DNA of 64,000 nt. It comes from an uncultured Chloroflexia bacterium (GTDB taxonomy: Bacteria; Chloroflexota; Limnocylindria; Limnocylindrales; CSP1-4). The position numbers and the translations under genes are program-made. This document shows, in pieces, positions 1-10,443 of the stretch. Each line of letters begins with the position of its first letter. Within the stretch, counting starts at the first letter, position 1. The stretch covers positions 5,312 through 69,311 of the forward strand of contig CAVZML010000006.1 of the NCBI GenBank assembly GCA_963776395.1, read 5' to 3'. The notes under the pieces were generated by a model. That model did no database searches. It had not been told where the DNA came from and saw only the letters and a list, made by a program, of their open reading frames with translations.

Positions 1-177
1 TGCAGGTGGACGGCCTGACGGGGCGGCGAGCTTGGGCGTCAAATTCTTCCCGAGCATTCAACCACGATTCCTTAACTGGTTGTGTGCCCCGTGGACGAAA
101 AGCAAATCTTGTGCGCCCAGCAAGCCGCTAATACCCTTGTAGTCGCAACGCCGCCTACCGCTGGCAGAAGAGGTCCA

Positions 178-1367
178 GTGCCAAGGCGACGGTTTCAAAA
201 AGGCAGTTTTGTGATGTGAGAAGAACGGTGGAATGTAGCAGCATGCACTATGTTGACGCAGAGCGCCCGGACGGGACGACTGCGACCAAACAAGTGAAAC
301 GGTTCTAGGGAACCTCAGCCAGATGAGTGAGCGCGCGGCTCGCCGTGAACACGCTCGCATCATGGAGAGAAGTCAACCAGATAGCGAGGCAGCATTATGC
401 CCATTGTTAAGGGGCAGACATTTGCCGACGCGGTCAACAAATGGCGGCAGGCAATTGCGCCAAACCTATGCCCCTCAACCGTGCGGCAACGTGAATCGTA
501 TTTGAAAAATCACATGATGCCGCGCTTCGGTCGTTCTGGTTTGCTCGATTTGAACGTCGATGCAATCCAGCAATTCGCGACCGACCTAAGGAAGACCGTC
601 TCCGGTAAGACCACGCTCAACATCCTCGGCGCCTTGTTCACGATAGTCGGGTATGCCGGGCAAGTGCGGTATGCGCGTGGCCAAAGTTAGCTTCTCAGAC
701 CTTCAACTCGGTTCCATCGCGAGCGAAAAGCCGTTGCCTTTTTCACCCGCGAACAGGCGAAACGCATCATCGAAGAAGCGCGGGAGCCGTTCAAAACACT
801 TTTCGATCTCACATGGTTAACGGGCTTGCGTGCCGGAGAAATTCTGGCGCTTACGCTCGATGACCTGAACTTTGACCGCAAGACAATACGCGTGAACAAG
901 GCGTCGGATGACCTCACGCGCGAAATTCGCCAACCCAAGACTAAGGGTTCTGTCGCACTTCTACCAATGCCGTCCGCGCTGGAAGATGTGTTGCGGAACT
1001 ATATTCAAAAGTGCTGGAAGCCAAACCCAAGCGGCCTTCTATTCGCGTCATCGCACGACAGATGGAAAGCCGCGTACGCGGAAAAGAACGTAGTGGTGAA
1101 CGGGCTCAAGCCAGTCCTGCGAAAGCTCGGCATCCCGAGCGAGGAACACAGGGCTTCATGCGTTCAGACCGGCCTTGCAACAGAATTGGTCGATCCAATT
1201 CTGTGCCTCTAACCGTGCTGCAAAATCAGCTGAGGCACGCGGACGGTGAGGACATCGTTGAAAATATACGCCCACCTCATCCCGCAATCGCAGCGCGACG
1301 CAATGGAGAAAATTGGCGGGCTCCAATCATTACTTTCAACCAATACGTTACTGAAGTTCGCTTCTAA
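178..1367 (+). pseudogene. Tyrosine recombinase / phage-type integrase, multiply frameshifted
   Basis: GTG at 178 opens MPRRRFQKGSFV, an N-terminus typical of site-specific integrases. The core-binding segment lies in ORF 397-690. The catalytic segment (TGLRAGEILALTLDDL, HAFR-like and LRHAD..IYAH-like motifs) is spread over the frames of ORFs 826-1212 and 1011-1367. Several internal stops and frame changes are present. Confidence 0.75.
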
Positions 1368-1389
1368 GTAGTTGCTGTTAAAAGGGAAA

Positions 1390-1434
1390 TGGTAGGCCCG
1401 TGGGGACTCGAACCCCAGACCTCTACCGTGTCAA
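1390..1434 (-). repeat. tRNA-Val 3'-half copy (att-like) no. 1
   Basis: By eye, these 45 nt (tggtaggcccgtggggactcgaaccccagacctctaccgtgtcaa) are identical to 22868-22912 of the intact tRNA-Val. The copy ends at the anticodon loop. Confidence 0.9.
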
Positions 1435-1664
1435 CCTACCACGCATACAAAAGAGAAGGACTTAGATCGTGTCGAACAGCGTCTTCACAAGCGTTTTACC
1501 TATTTCACAGGTAGAGATCACAGGTAGGAAATGCAGGTTCCATTTGAGTTGCAGGCGCATTAACCTCCTTCCTCCAGTTGGAGCCCTCCACTAAACCTCG
1601 CCTGACTATTACCAGAAACCGAGTAACTCCGTCGACGATCCATCTAGAATCCAAAATATGATTG

Positions 1665-2318
1665 CTATGTAACGAGGGTGAACAGACCCGTGACCACGAG
1701 CGCTGCACTCCATACCAAGTTGAGATTAATCCAGGCCTTGCGAAGAATCGCCAGCCCGAGCTTGCTGTAGACCACCCATGCGACGATCCCGGTGACAGCA
1801 AGATAGGCAGCAGTATGGATCGCGGTGGCCAGCAGTGCTGCCAGGGGGCTGGCGGCTGCGGACATGTGATGGTGACCCGCCATGTGGTCAGCCGCTTCGA
1901 CTGCACGGCTGCCCAGCAGCACCGGCAGCAACATCAAACCAGCACCGTGCGCCGATGCCATCAGAAACGACCACAGCGTCAGGTCGCGAAAGCCTACCTG
2001 CATGCGGACCCATCGCGGATGGTAATGGCGCAGAAGGGAGAAAATTCCGAGGCCGAACAAAAGCGCCGCGACGGAATAGCGGATCGCCTCGCGCGGCAGT
2101 GCCATGCCGAGAAACGCCACCGCCAGAACGACGCAGCCAATGGACAACGCGTGGCCAAGCGCAATCGGGACCAGCGCTCTCGCCACCGCACTCCCCTTCT
2201 GCTCCTGCATCCCCAGCGCCACCGCGAAAAGCCAACCCATCCCGGGGTTGATTCCGTGGTAGGCGCCGAGCAGCAGCATCAGCCACAACGCAGTTGACCC
2301 CATCTCCGCGTGCATCAT
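1665..2318 (-). CDS. Polytopic membrane protein with a His-rich loop, function unknown
   Basis: 217-aa ORF with several hydrophobic helices and a DHMAGHHHMS loop. No family is recognised with confidence. Confidence 0.5.
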   Translation of the reverse strand: MMHAEMGSTALWLMLLLGAYHGINPGMGWLFAVALGMQEQKGSAVARALVPIALGHALSIGCVVLAVAFLGMALPREAIRYSVAALLFGLGIFSLLRHYHPRWVRMQVGFRDLTLWSFLMASAHGAGLMLLPVLLGSRAVEAADHMAGHHHMSAAASPLAALLATAIHTAAYLAVTGIVAWVVYSKLGLAILRKAWINLNLVWSAALVVTGLFTLVT

Positions 2319-3736
2319 TTCGCCTCTGAGTAGCAGTAGGAATCAGATGAAGCGTCCCCGCCCTCCAGCCGCACCTGATGCGCGCGCAACCCGTCGAACT
2401 CGACAAAGAATTTTTCGTCGAGTTTCATTCCGCCGTTCGGGTCCGCGTAAAGTTTTACCATCCAACTCTTCAGCCCATCGGGATAGATCTGCTCGTCCCA
2501 CGGGGAATAGAGCGAGTTGGTGAAGTAGACCCGCTTGCCATCACGGCTGATCTCAACCATCTGTGGGCCGCCGTTGAGCGGTTGCTTGGGGTTTTGGGGA
2601 TGAGCCGCACGGCGTACGATGCCGCCGAGATGGACTGAGCCCGTCTTTTCGGGTTGACCGGATCCGAGACGTCGTACTGGATGAACTCCCCGGTCCCCCA
2701 ACACGAAGCATAGAGGAAGCGGTCGTCGAGCGACAGATTGATGTCAGTTACAAGCGGTGGCACGGCCTTGAAGCCCTTCAGCAGTGGCGGCACAGTTCCG
2801 GATCAGCGGGCTCCGCGGCAATTTCAATCACTTTGCGGACGGCCCATTTGCCGTTCTTGCCGCCGTCCTCGCGGTACCACATCCAGATCGACGACGAAAG
2901 ATCTTTGAGCGAAATGCCCACGCTGACAAAACCATAAGTCTTATTGGGATCGTGAGAAGGGTCTCAACTCGAGCACCCACTGTTGCTCCGCACCCAAGTC
3001 CACTTCCTGCAGGTGGCGCCGCTTGTCCAGGTCCCAGATATGAATCTTGTGCCCGTACTTGCCGGCGAATAGCAGTTCCGGGTTGACGCCGTCTCTTCAC
3101 CATGTTCGGCGTGCCCCATTCGGACGTAATCATCGTGTCGTGTCCCAAGTGCCACCAGAAGTCATATGCCAGTTGCTGCGGGCCGCGATCCTGTTCCCAC
3201 TGGCCCTTCAGCTCGAATGTATTCGCGTCCATCAGGAATATGCCACCCGGGCCGTCTCCGCTCGCCGATCTCCCAGTGCGCTCTCCATAGATGCAATCGG
3301 GCCCGCAATGAATTGTATGAGGGCGAGGTGTAACCGGTTTTTTCGTTATGAACTCTTCCGGCTCGATCACCTTAACAATTTTCGGTTTTTGAGGATTCGG
3401 CTTCGTATCCAGGATGTAAATCCGGGATAAACCGATGCCTGGGACGATCAGGTAGCGACGTTCCATGTGCGGATGCGGGGTCTGCGGACAAAGACACGCG
3501 CTGCAGGCATTCCATCCGAAGTGATGCAGCTCATTGTCACTGCGGCCAAAATCCACTTGGCCAACCATTCGGCCATATGCGGACGAAGTGGGATCAAGAT
3601 CGATGACGCCCATACGGTCATGCTTTCCATTCTTGCCGTCGTTGAGCAGTGCTACATAGGCAAGGCGTTCTGGCGGAGCTTGCATGGCCATCTTGGGTGA
3701 AGGGTAGAAAGTGGGATCGGGGTGCAACATTGACAT
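2315..3736 (-). pseudogene. SBP56 (selenium-binding protein / methanethiol oxidase family) gene, at least 4 frameshifts
   Basis: ORF 2828-3736 matches the SBP56 N-terminal two thirds (HHFGWNACSACLC, PRPHTIHCGPD, WWHLGHDTMITSEWGTPNMV). The continuation NPELLFAGKYGHKIHIWDLDKRRHLQEVDLGAEQQ is in another frame. The C-terminal part (PPLLKGFKAVPPLVTDINLSLDDRFLY..., ...SLYSPWDEQIYPDGL...GGDASSDSYCY) is in ORFs 2470-2793 and 2315-2704. Confidence 0.8.
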
Positions 3737-3774
3737 TTTGAAGTCTCCTTTTTTATTTAGACGTTATCAGTGAT

Positions 3775-4632
3775 TTAAACGGCAACAGTAACCCGCATGA
3801 ACGTGGCAGGGATGAACGTGCCGGCGTTACTCTTGTTCTGCGCGATCGCTAGCTCCACAAGCTGCTTGTGCAGTTCCTCTTCTTTTCCGTTCTTTCGAGC
3901 TGCTTCGACGGCATTCATCGTCGGTCCATAGAACCTTTCGAACAGCTCGATGAACTCCGTCGGGCTTTTCTCGGAATGCGTGAAGTAGTACGTGTCCTTC
4001 ACCATGGAGATGTTTTCCTTGGGCACCCCGGCCTGCCCAAAGCGCTCGATAATGTGGCTCTCCACACCCCAAATCATCGGGCTCACAAAGCCTTCCGGAG
4101 GCGCAGGCGTGAACGCCGAACTGACTTTGAGCAACTGCGACACGAACGTCGGATCGTTGGGGATCCAATTGCCCATCACGATACGACCGCCGGGTTTCGT
4201 GACTCGCACCATCTCCCTTGCGACGTCGAATGGCTTGGGTGCGAACATCGCGCCGAACACCGAGAGGCTCAAATCAAACGAATCGTCGTCGACTCCTTCC
4301 AGATTGCAGGCATCGCCCTCATGAAACTTCAGCCGATTGAGACCTGCCTCTGCGGCTCGCTTATTGCCGGCTTCCACAAGGTTCCTGGCGATATCGACTC
4401 CCGTCACATCGGCGCCCAGACGCGCGAGCGGGAATGCTGTCGTGCCGTCTCCGCAGCCGAGATCCAACGTGCGCAACGGCAGCGTAACCCCGAGGGACTC
4501 GACAACCGCTTCTCCGGACTGCCGCATGAAAGCGGCGATCTCGGTGAAGTCACCTTTTTCCCATAATGCTTTATTCGGATTCTTGGCGGCTCCATTTGCT
4601 GCCGTGCTCGTTTCTACCGTTTTGGGACTCAT
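3775..4632 (-). CDS. Class I SAM-dependent methyltransferase
   Basis: Motif I (LDLGCGDGT) is followed by typical post-I/II motifs (VTGVDIA, FDLSLSVFGAMF, KPGGRIV). The start was chosen at the internal Met (MSPKTV), because the upstream part of ORF 3775-4809 looks non-coding. Confidence 0.8.
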   Translation of the reverse strand: MSPKTVETSTAANGAAKNPNKALWEKGDFTEIAAFMRQSGEAVVESLGVTLPLRTLDLGCGDGTTAFPLARLGADVTGVDIARNLVEAGNKRAAEAGLNRLKFHEGDACNLEGVDDDSFDLSLSVFGAMFAPKPFDVAREMVRVTKPGGRIVMGNWIPNDPTFVSQLLKVSSAFTPAPPEGFVSPMIWGVESHIIERFGQAGVPKENISMVKDTYYFTHSEKSPTEFIELFERFYGPTMNAVEAARKNGKEEELHKQLVELAIAQNKSNAGTFIPATFMRVTVAV

Positions 4633-4703
4633 TTGGGTATCTCCCGATTGGCATTGATTCCGCATCAGGATTACAATTCTGCAGCGAGTCTGCAGGAACG
4701 ACC

Positions 4704-5897
4704 ATGCCCGAGCGTCGCTATAACTTGCTCGAACGGCTGGCGGGCGCAGATTCCTTTGCACGGATGCCAGGTAACTTTGCAGAGAGTCCGGTCGACAGAA
4801 TGGACGCATTCTCCGAAATCTTGAGCGGAGTCAAGCTGAACGGCGCTGTTTTCTTCACGGCCGAATTCTCGGCCCCCTGGGGATTCTCAGCGCCCGCCTC
4901 GAAACAAATGGCGAATCGGCTCGCTACCGGAGCGGCACATTTTTTGCTTTACCATCTGGTGGTCGAGGGCGGCGCGGTTGTCGAAATGGCGGACGGGCAG
5001 CCCCTCGAGCTCAGCTCCGGAGATGTCGTCATTTTCCCGAATGGCGATGCACATCACATGAGCAGCAAGGGAGCGAAGCCGCCGTTCCCTAACTACGGAA
5101 TCAATGAAAAGATCAAGTCGCGCGACTTGAGCCCTTTGCACGCCGGCGGCGGCGGCGAGACTTCGCGCTTCGTGTGCGGATACATGACTTGTGACCCCTA
5201 CCTCAGCCGGCCAATACTAAACGGCCTGCCGCCTGTGTTTAAGGTCAACATCCGGACGGATCGATCCGGACAGTGGTTGGAGAGTTCCATTCTGCACTTG
5301 GTCGAAGAAGCGGTTTCGGGACGCGTCGGCAGTGAAGCCATGCTTGCGAAGCTCTCGGAGGCCCTGTTCGTTGACACGTTGCGGCGTTACGTTACTGCAT
5401 TGCCCGAACAGCAATGGAGTTGGCTCACGGGAGCGCGCGATCCGATCGTGGGCAAAAGCTTGAGCTTGATGCATCGCCGCATCGCTCACCCGTGGACCAT
5501 TGCGAGCCTCGCGGACGAGGTGGGCATTTCACGATCAGCTTTGGTGGAGCGGTTCACCCGATATCTTTCCGAACCACCCATGGCGTACTTGACGCGCTGG
5601 AGACTTCAATTGGCCGCGCGATCACTGGAAAGGACATCGCGAGGTGTCGCGGAAATCGCCGGTGACGTCGGGTATGAGTCAGAGGCAGCTTTCAACCGCG
5701 CGTTCAAGCGTGAGTTCGGACGGCCCCCAGGTCGATACCGCAGCGATCATAAAAAGTCCCTCATCACGCGTCAGAAAAATGGCCGGGGGCAGGACGAGAG
5801 TGCCTCCTCCGGGACCGATATCAGTCGCCCCAGCCCTACCATCAGGAAAAGAACAGAGTCCATCTCCAGGAAAAAGAAGCGCTCTGAAGCAATGTAG
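4704..5897 (+). CDS. AraC family transcriptional regulator (cupin-type N-domain)
   Basis: N-terminal cupin-like domain, followed by a C-terminal AraC double HTH (IASLADEVGISRSALVERF...GYESEAAFNRAFKREFGRPPGRYR). The start was taken at MPERRY. The last ~40 codons run into island-junction repeat sequence. Confidence 0.8.
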   Translation: MPERRYNLLERLAGADSFARMPGNFAESPVDRMDAFSEILSGVKLNGAVFFTAEFSAPWGFSAPASKQMANRLATGAAHFLLYHLVVEGGAVVEMADGQPLELSSGDVVIFPNGDAHHMSSKGAKPPFPNYGINEKIKSRDLSPLHAGGGGETSRFVCGYMTCDPYLSRPILNGLPPVFKVNIRTDRSGQWLESSILHLVEEAVSGRVGSEAMLAKLSEALFVDTLRRYVTALPEQQWSWLTGARDPIVGKSLSLMHRRIAHPWTIASLADEVGISRSALVERFTRYLSEPPMAYLTRWRLQLAARSLERTSRGVAEIAGDVGYESEAAFNRAFKREFGRPPGRYRSDHKKSLITRQKNGRGQDESASSGTDISRPSPTIRKRTESISRKKKRSEAM

Positions 5898-5926
5898 GCC
5901 CGCTGAGCACATCTCCACAGTGTCAA
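5893..5926 (-). repeat. Decayed tRNA-Val 3'-half remnant
   Basis: tgtaggcccg...cacagtgtcaa keeps both ends of the 45-nt att block but carries an internal deletion. Confidence 0.5.
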
Positions 5927-6016
5927 CCTACCACCGATACCTTGGAACAACCGCTCTACAGGTGAAGAATTACAGGTGAAGTTTCCTGGTGATTTTTGCT
6001 AAGTGATTGAAAACGA

Positions 6017-6060
6017 TGGTAGGCCCGTGGGGACTCGAACCCCCAGACCTCTCGTGTCAA
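6017..6060 (-). repeat. tRNA-Val 3'-half copy no. 2 (slightly degenerate)
   Basis: Same block as 1390-1434, but with one extra C in the T-arm and a 2-nt deletion before gtgtcaa. Confidence 0.85.
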
Positions 6061-6212
6061 CCTATAGCAAGAAACAAAAAGAGAACAACTTAGCCCGTAT
6101 CGAACGCCGTCTTTCCAATTGTTTTAGTGTCGATACAGATAAGAATCACAGTTAGGAAATGCAGGTGGCTTGCATTCATAGGTTCTTAAGACGTCTGGCT
6201 CAAACGCTTTTG

Positions 6213-7256
6213 CTACCCGTTCGGCATCAGTACGATCTTACCGATCACGCCTCCGCCTCCCAGTAATTCGTGTGCGTGCCGCGCTTGGCAGAGAGGCAAC
6301 CGTTGTGCGATCAGCGGCTTGATCTTCTTCTGCTGTAATAGGTCGAACAATGTGAGTAGGTCGTGGCGGAACCACGCGGGTTTCAGCCGCATCAGCCACT
6401 GGATACTGTAAGGCACCATGCTCTTGCGGCCCGGAAGAAACCAGTTCCGGAGAATGTACCACCCCAAGATCGCGGATTCCCGAATCGGGTGCCGCCCGCT
6501 CGGCGCGCCCGAAGCCATCCTTCCTCCGTGCAGCTTGGCCTGGAATCCGTAAACCACCACGCGGCCGCCTTCGCGGAGCGCTTCGCGCGAGCGCCATAGA
6601 TTGTCGCCACCGATACCGTCGAAAACAGCATCCACACCGTCACCGGTGAAGCGGTGGATTTCCTGGACGAAGTCAGAATTGCGGTAGTCGATGGGGGTGG
6701 CGCCAAGCTCCTTAACTACGTCCGTTGCCTGCGCCGAACACGTTCCGTACATTTCCACGCCGGCGAGCCGCCCCAGTTGCAGGAACGCAGTGCCGACGCC
6801 GCCTGAGGCGCCGTGAATCAGTACGCGCTGCCCTGGCTTTACTTTCGCCGAACGATCCAGCATCTGGTATGCCGTGATGTAGTTCAAGACGACCGCGACG
6901 GCTTCTGCAGGGTCCAAACCTGCGGGCACTGGAATGAACTTGCGTTGTGGCAAGCAAACATATTGTGCGTAACAGCCGCTGATCGGCATGGCCGCAACCG
7001 TCTGGCCCGGTTCGAAACCGGAGACGCCTTCGCCGATATGATCCACAATGCCGACCAGGTCCCAACCGGGCGTATAGGGCACGCGCGGTGTTTCCGGATG
7101 GACGCCCTCGCGCGCCAGTACGTCGGGAAAACTAACGCCCGCGGCCAGCACCTTCACCCGGACCTCGCCAGGCATTGGCGCAGGGCATTCTTGTTCGGCG
7201 ACAGTGATCACCTCCGGTCCGCCGTAGTGCGTGACGACGATCTTCGTCTGCCGCAT
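6213..7256 (-). CDS. MDR-superfamily zinc-type/quinone oxidoreductase, copy A
   Basis: 347-aa intact ORF with a GroES-like N-domain and a Rossmann motif (HGASGGVGTA). Paralogous to 19394-20449; about 20 aa differences counted by eye. Confidence 0.85.
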   Translation of the reverse strand: MRQTKIVVTHYGGPEVITVAEQECPAPMPGEVRVKVLAAGVSFPDVLAREGVHPETPRVPYTPGWDLVGIVDHIGEGVSGFEPGQTVAAMPISGCYAQYVCLPQRKFIPVPAGLDPAEAVAVVLNYITAYQMLDRSAKVKPGQRVLIHGASGGVGTAFLQLGRLAGVEMYGTCSAQATDVVKELGATPIDYRNSDFVQEIHRFTGDGVDAVFDGIGGDNLWRSREALREGGRVVVYGFQAKLHGGRMASGAPSGRHPIRESAILGWYILRNWFLPGRKSMVPYSIQWLMRLKPAWFRHDLLTLFDLLQQKKIKPLIAQRLPLCQARHAHELLGGGGVIGKIVLMPNG

Positions 7257-7626
7257 AAGCCACTTGTCGGCATACTATGCTGGGCGCTCGATCTTGTCGA
7301 CCAGAACTCTTTCTTACACTGACCCGAATAAAACCGGAACTGATCGACCTACACATCGGAACGCGCTGGCAACGAGGATGTGAAACAGCTCGCCGTCATA
7401 TCCCCTGCGATAATGGGCCCCGCGTACTTCCGCGAGGCCGCCGAAGTAATCAACGCTGCCGCCGGCGGCCCGCCCGATCACCCAAAATGATGGACGTCTT
7501 CCGCCGTCATGGCATGACGCTGGCCGTGCCCCCGCCTGTTAAGTAGAGACGTTTGTAAGCCCGGTGTAGAATCCGGACGGTCTTCGTTCTTAAATCGGAA
7601 ATGTCGGTTCATTCAGGAGGATAGTC

Positions 7627-8055
7627 GTGACAGCAGATGAGCAAGTCATCCAAGGAATCCTGCAACAAATCGAAAGCGCGTGGAATCGTTACGATAGCGT
7701 CAGCCTTGCAGCGATGTTTGCCGAGGATGCCAACTTCATCCAAATCTTTGGGGGACAGTTGGACGGGCGGACTGCCATAGAGGCGTCGCACCGGCACATT
7801 TTCGAGACGATCTACAAAGGCAGCCATGCCAGTTTCGTGCTACGGAGCATCCGCTTTCTGCGCCCCGATGTCGCGGTGGTATTCGCCCGAGCGCACGTGA
7901 AGTTCAAGGAAGGCGACGAGGCGCGCGAAATAGAAACCCGCCCAACGTTGATCGTCGTAAAGGAGCAGGACAAGTGGCAAATCGTCGCGTTCCAAAACAC
8001 CAAGATCTCCGAGGTGCCAGCCGCCGCCCAAGCCGCGGCCCGTCTTGCAACTTAG
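7627..8055 (+). CDS. SnoaL-like / SgcJ-EcaC family protein, copy A
   Basis: 142 aa, with RBS aggagga before a GTG start. The pattern W..A.N..D...LA.MFAEDA.F........GR.AI...H resembles the SgcJ/EcaC (DUF4440-like) fold. Confidence 0.7.
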   Translation: MTADEQVIQGILQQIESAWNRYDSVSLAAMFAEDANFIQIFGGQLDGRTAIEASHRHIFETIYKGSHASFVLRSIRFLRPDVAVVFARAHVKFKEGDEAREIETRPTLIVVKEQDKWQIVAFQNTKISEVPAAAQAAARLAT

Positions 8056-8308
8056 TGGTGAAACCTCGGCCCGCCCTCAACCAGCAGCAGGGACGATCTT
8101 GCGAAATGCCGATGGCGAAAAGACCGTGCCTTGGGTTCCTTGGGAGGTCCCATGGGACGTCTCATCTCCACAGCCTCAACCTACGACCACCCATAGCAAA
8201 GAGAACAACTGAGGCCGTATCGAACATCCGTGCTACCTGTGTCATACCATGCAGGTTGTCCCAGTATAACCGTCATCTGGCGGGCGGCGATGGGCAAGTT
8301 GGGATTAG

Positions 8309-9486
8309 ATGGCTATTTGGAGGAAGCTACATTCCACAATGACTTCATCTCTATTGGATCGTTCTCAATATCCATGCCTCCGCGACAGTGTGTATCTGAA
8401 TCAAGCATCGTTGGGATTGATTGGCCAGCCAGCAGTCGCTGCGATGCACAACTTCCTTAAGAATGTGGCGAGGCATGGCAATCTCTTTATGTCGGACAGC
8501 GATAGATCAACTACGGGCATGCCCTAAGGGGAGTTGCCGGCAGATTGTTTCATAACGATCCATCTCGCATCGCCATTCTTGCGAGTGCGAGCGAACTGCT
8601 GGGACAATTTCCTCTGCTACTTCGTCTCAAACCCAATGCCACAATTCTTGCAGTTTCCTCCGACTTTCCCGCAGTCACTCGCCCGTGGATTCGCCAGTCC
8701 TATTTTGAAAAAATCCATGTTCGTTTTGTCGATGATCTTCCTGATCGTGATCTGACAGACGCCATCATTAACGCCATAGACGAAACCACGGGTGTCATAG
8801 CTGTTGGCAGTGTGCAATACGCTACAGGCACCCTCGTGGACGTTAGTCGCGTGGCCAGAAGTGCTCAGAAGGTGGGCGCATTCCTGATCGTTGACGCGAC
8901 CCAAGCGGCCGGTGCAATGCTGGTGGATACCTCGACGTTCGAAGCTGCTGCGGTGGTTACCAGTGGTTATAAGTGGTTGGGCGGACATGGGGGCGTCGCT
9001 TTGGCAGTCGTGTCTGAGTCCTTACTGAAACAGCTTCCGATTTTGCCGGGCTGGATGGGCGCCCCTGATGCTTTTGACTTCGACGCTAAATCAGTTTCCT
9101 TCGCGTCCGATGCTCGGCGCTTCACGCAGTCCACCATGTCCTATGTCTCGATAGCGGGTCTCACTGTTTCTATCGAACAGCTGTTGTCCCTCGGGGAGAA
9201 CCGAATTGAAGCGCATGCACATCAATTGGCCGCGCTGCTGGTTGATGGCGCTCGCGAATATGGCTGGGAACCGTTTCATGACGTTCATGGTGTGGCCGCA
9301 TCTCCTCACATCATCTCGCTTGCACACAGCCGAAAGAGCGCACGGGAAACCGTGGAGAAACTCCGCGACCAGAGGATTATATGTTCGGCGCGCGGCGAAC
9401 GGATCCGAGTATCCCTTGCTCCTTACAACGATGCAGGTGACGTGATGAAGCTTTTTCAGGCGCTCGCGGGGTTTCATTCCGCATGA
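8309..9486 (+). pseudogene. Class-V aminotransferase-fold PLP enzyme, copy A, disrupted
   Basis: Same gene as the intact 21504-22682. Here gatgag has become gatag (1-bp deletion near 8503), which gives a stop at 8525-8527. The remaining 313 codons (ORF 8545-9486) are identical to copy B. Confidence 0.85.
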
Positions 9487-9669
9487 GCTCCCGCGATAGC
9501 GTTCATGGAGAGAATGCCACCCCTCAGGGCAGCCCACTTGTGGGCAGAAGAAGGAGCACGAAAAGGCCCTCAAGAGTAAAGAAAGAGAGCAGCCGCAAAC
9601 GACCGCCAGTTCCTCTCCGAGAGGAGGAAGCGCTCTGAGGCAATGTTGGCCCGTATGACCTGAAAACGA

Positions 9670-9714
9670 TGGTAGGCCCGTGGGGACTCGAACCCCAGAC
9701 CTCTACCGTGTCAA
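9670..9714 (-). repeat. tRNA-Val 3'-half copy no. 3
   Basis: 45 nt identical by eye to 22868-22912. Confidence 0.9.
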
Positions 9715-10033
9715 AGCGGTTTTATTATCTACGGCCAACAACTTCGAGGGCATTGGACGCCGCCTAAGTCCGTGTAAGGACGCCTATCCTGAAACTCTTG
9801 CAGGTGAAATTACGGGATTCTTTGGTGAACTGAAATAAGAGAAAACAGCACGCCAGATATATATATACCGTGCTAGATAGTGTGCCGTATGGTTAGCACA
9901 ACTCGCAAGGAGGCGATGACACTCGTTTGAAGACCAATCTGAAGAATCTTCTTCTACCAGCGGGCGCCCAAATTCAGAACGCTTCGCTCATAAGCGCGGG
10001 ATTGATAACGAAATCGGACCCTGTTTCTGCTCG

Positions 10034-10361
10034 CTACTTCTTCAGCGAACGAATGAACGCAACCATGTCCTTCACCTGATCCGGCGTCATCGTTTTGTAG
10101 GCGGGCATCTTGCCTTTTCCATTTGTGATGATGCCACTCAGATCGGCATCGCTCTTCTTCTGGACATCGGCGGACGTGAAGTCAGGGGTCTTCATTGATT
10201 CTTTGCCCTTGCCATCCGCGCCATGACACATCGCACACTTAGCCTTGTACGTCGCCTCGCCCGCGGCGACATCAGCCTTCGCCGGCGAACTGACCAGGCA
10301 AGTGTTGCCATCAGCGCCACGCCCAATGCATCGCTCCGAAGTTCTTAATGGTTGTTTGCAT
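10034..10361 (-). CDS. Monohaem class-I cytochrome c (N-terminus frameshifted)
   Basis: CAMCH haem motif plus the downstream KMPAY Met ligand region. A likely start (MQTTIKNF, RBS gggagag) and the signal-peptide helix (LGVALMATLAWSV) lie in two other frames relative to the mature part. Confidence 0.7.
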
Positions 10362-10443
10362 TTGTCTCTCCCTGACTGAATTTCAGCAAGGAACGTTTCC
10401 GCTCCCCCCGTATTGCAAAATCCGAATAGCACGTTGAATAAAT

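Noticed and set aside
58-363. 101-aa minus-strand ORF at the window start
   Set aside because: The plus strand here encodes the recognisable integrase N-terminus (PRRRFQKGS...ERAARREHARIM), although it is frameshifted. The minus-strand ORF is Arg/Ser-rich and unsupported.
1505-2406. Overlapping ORFs 1505-1906 (-), 1662-2297 (+), 1835-2251 (+) and 1888-2406 (-)
   Set aside because: All of them overlap the 217-aa membrane-protein frame, which has coherent transmembrane segments. The alternatives are Arg/Pro-rich.
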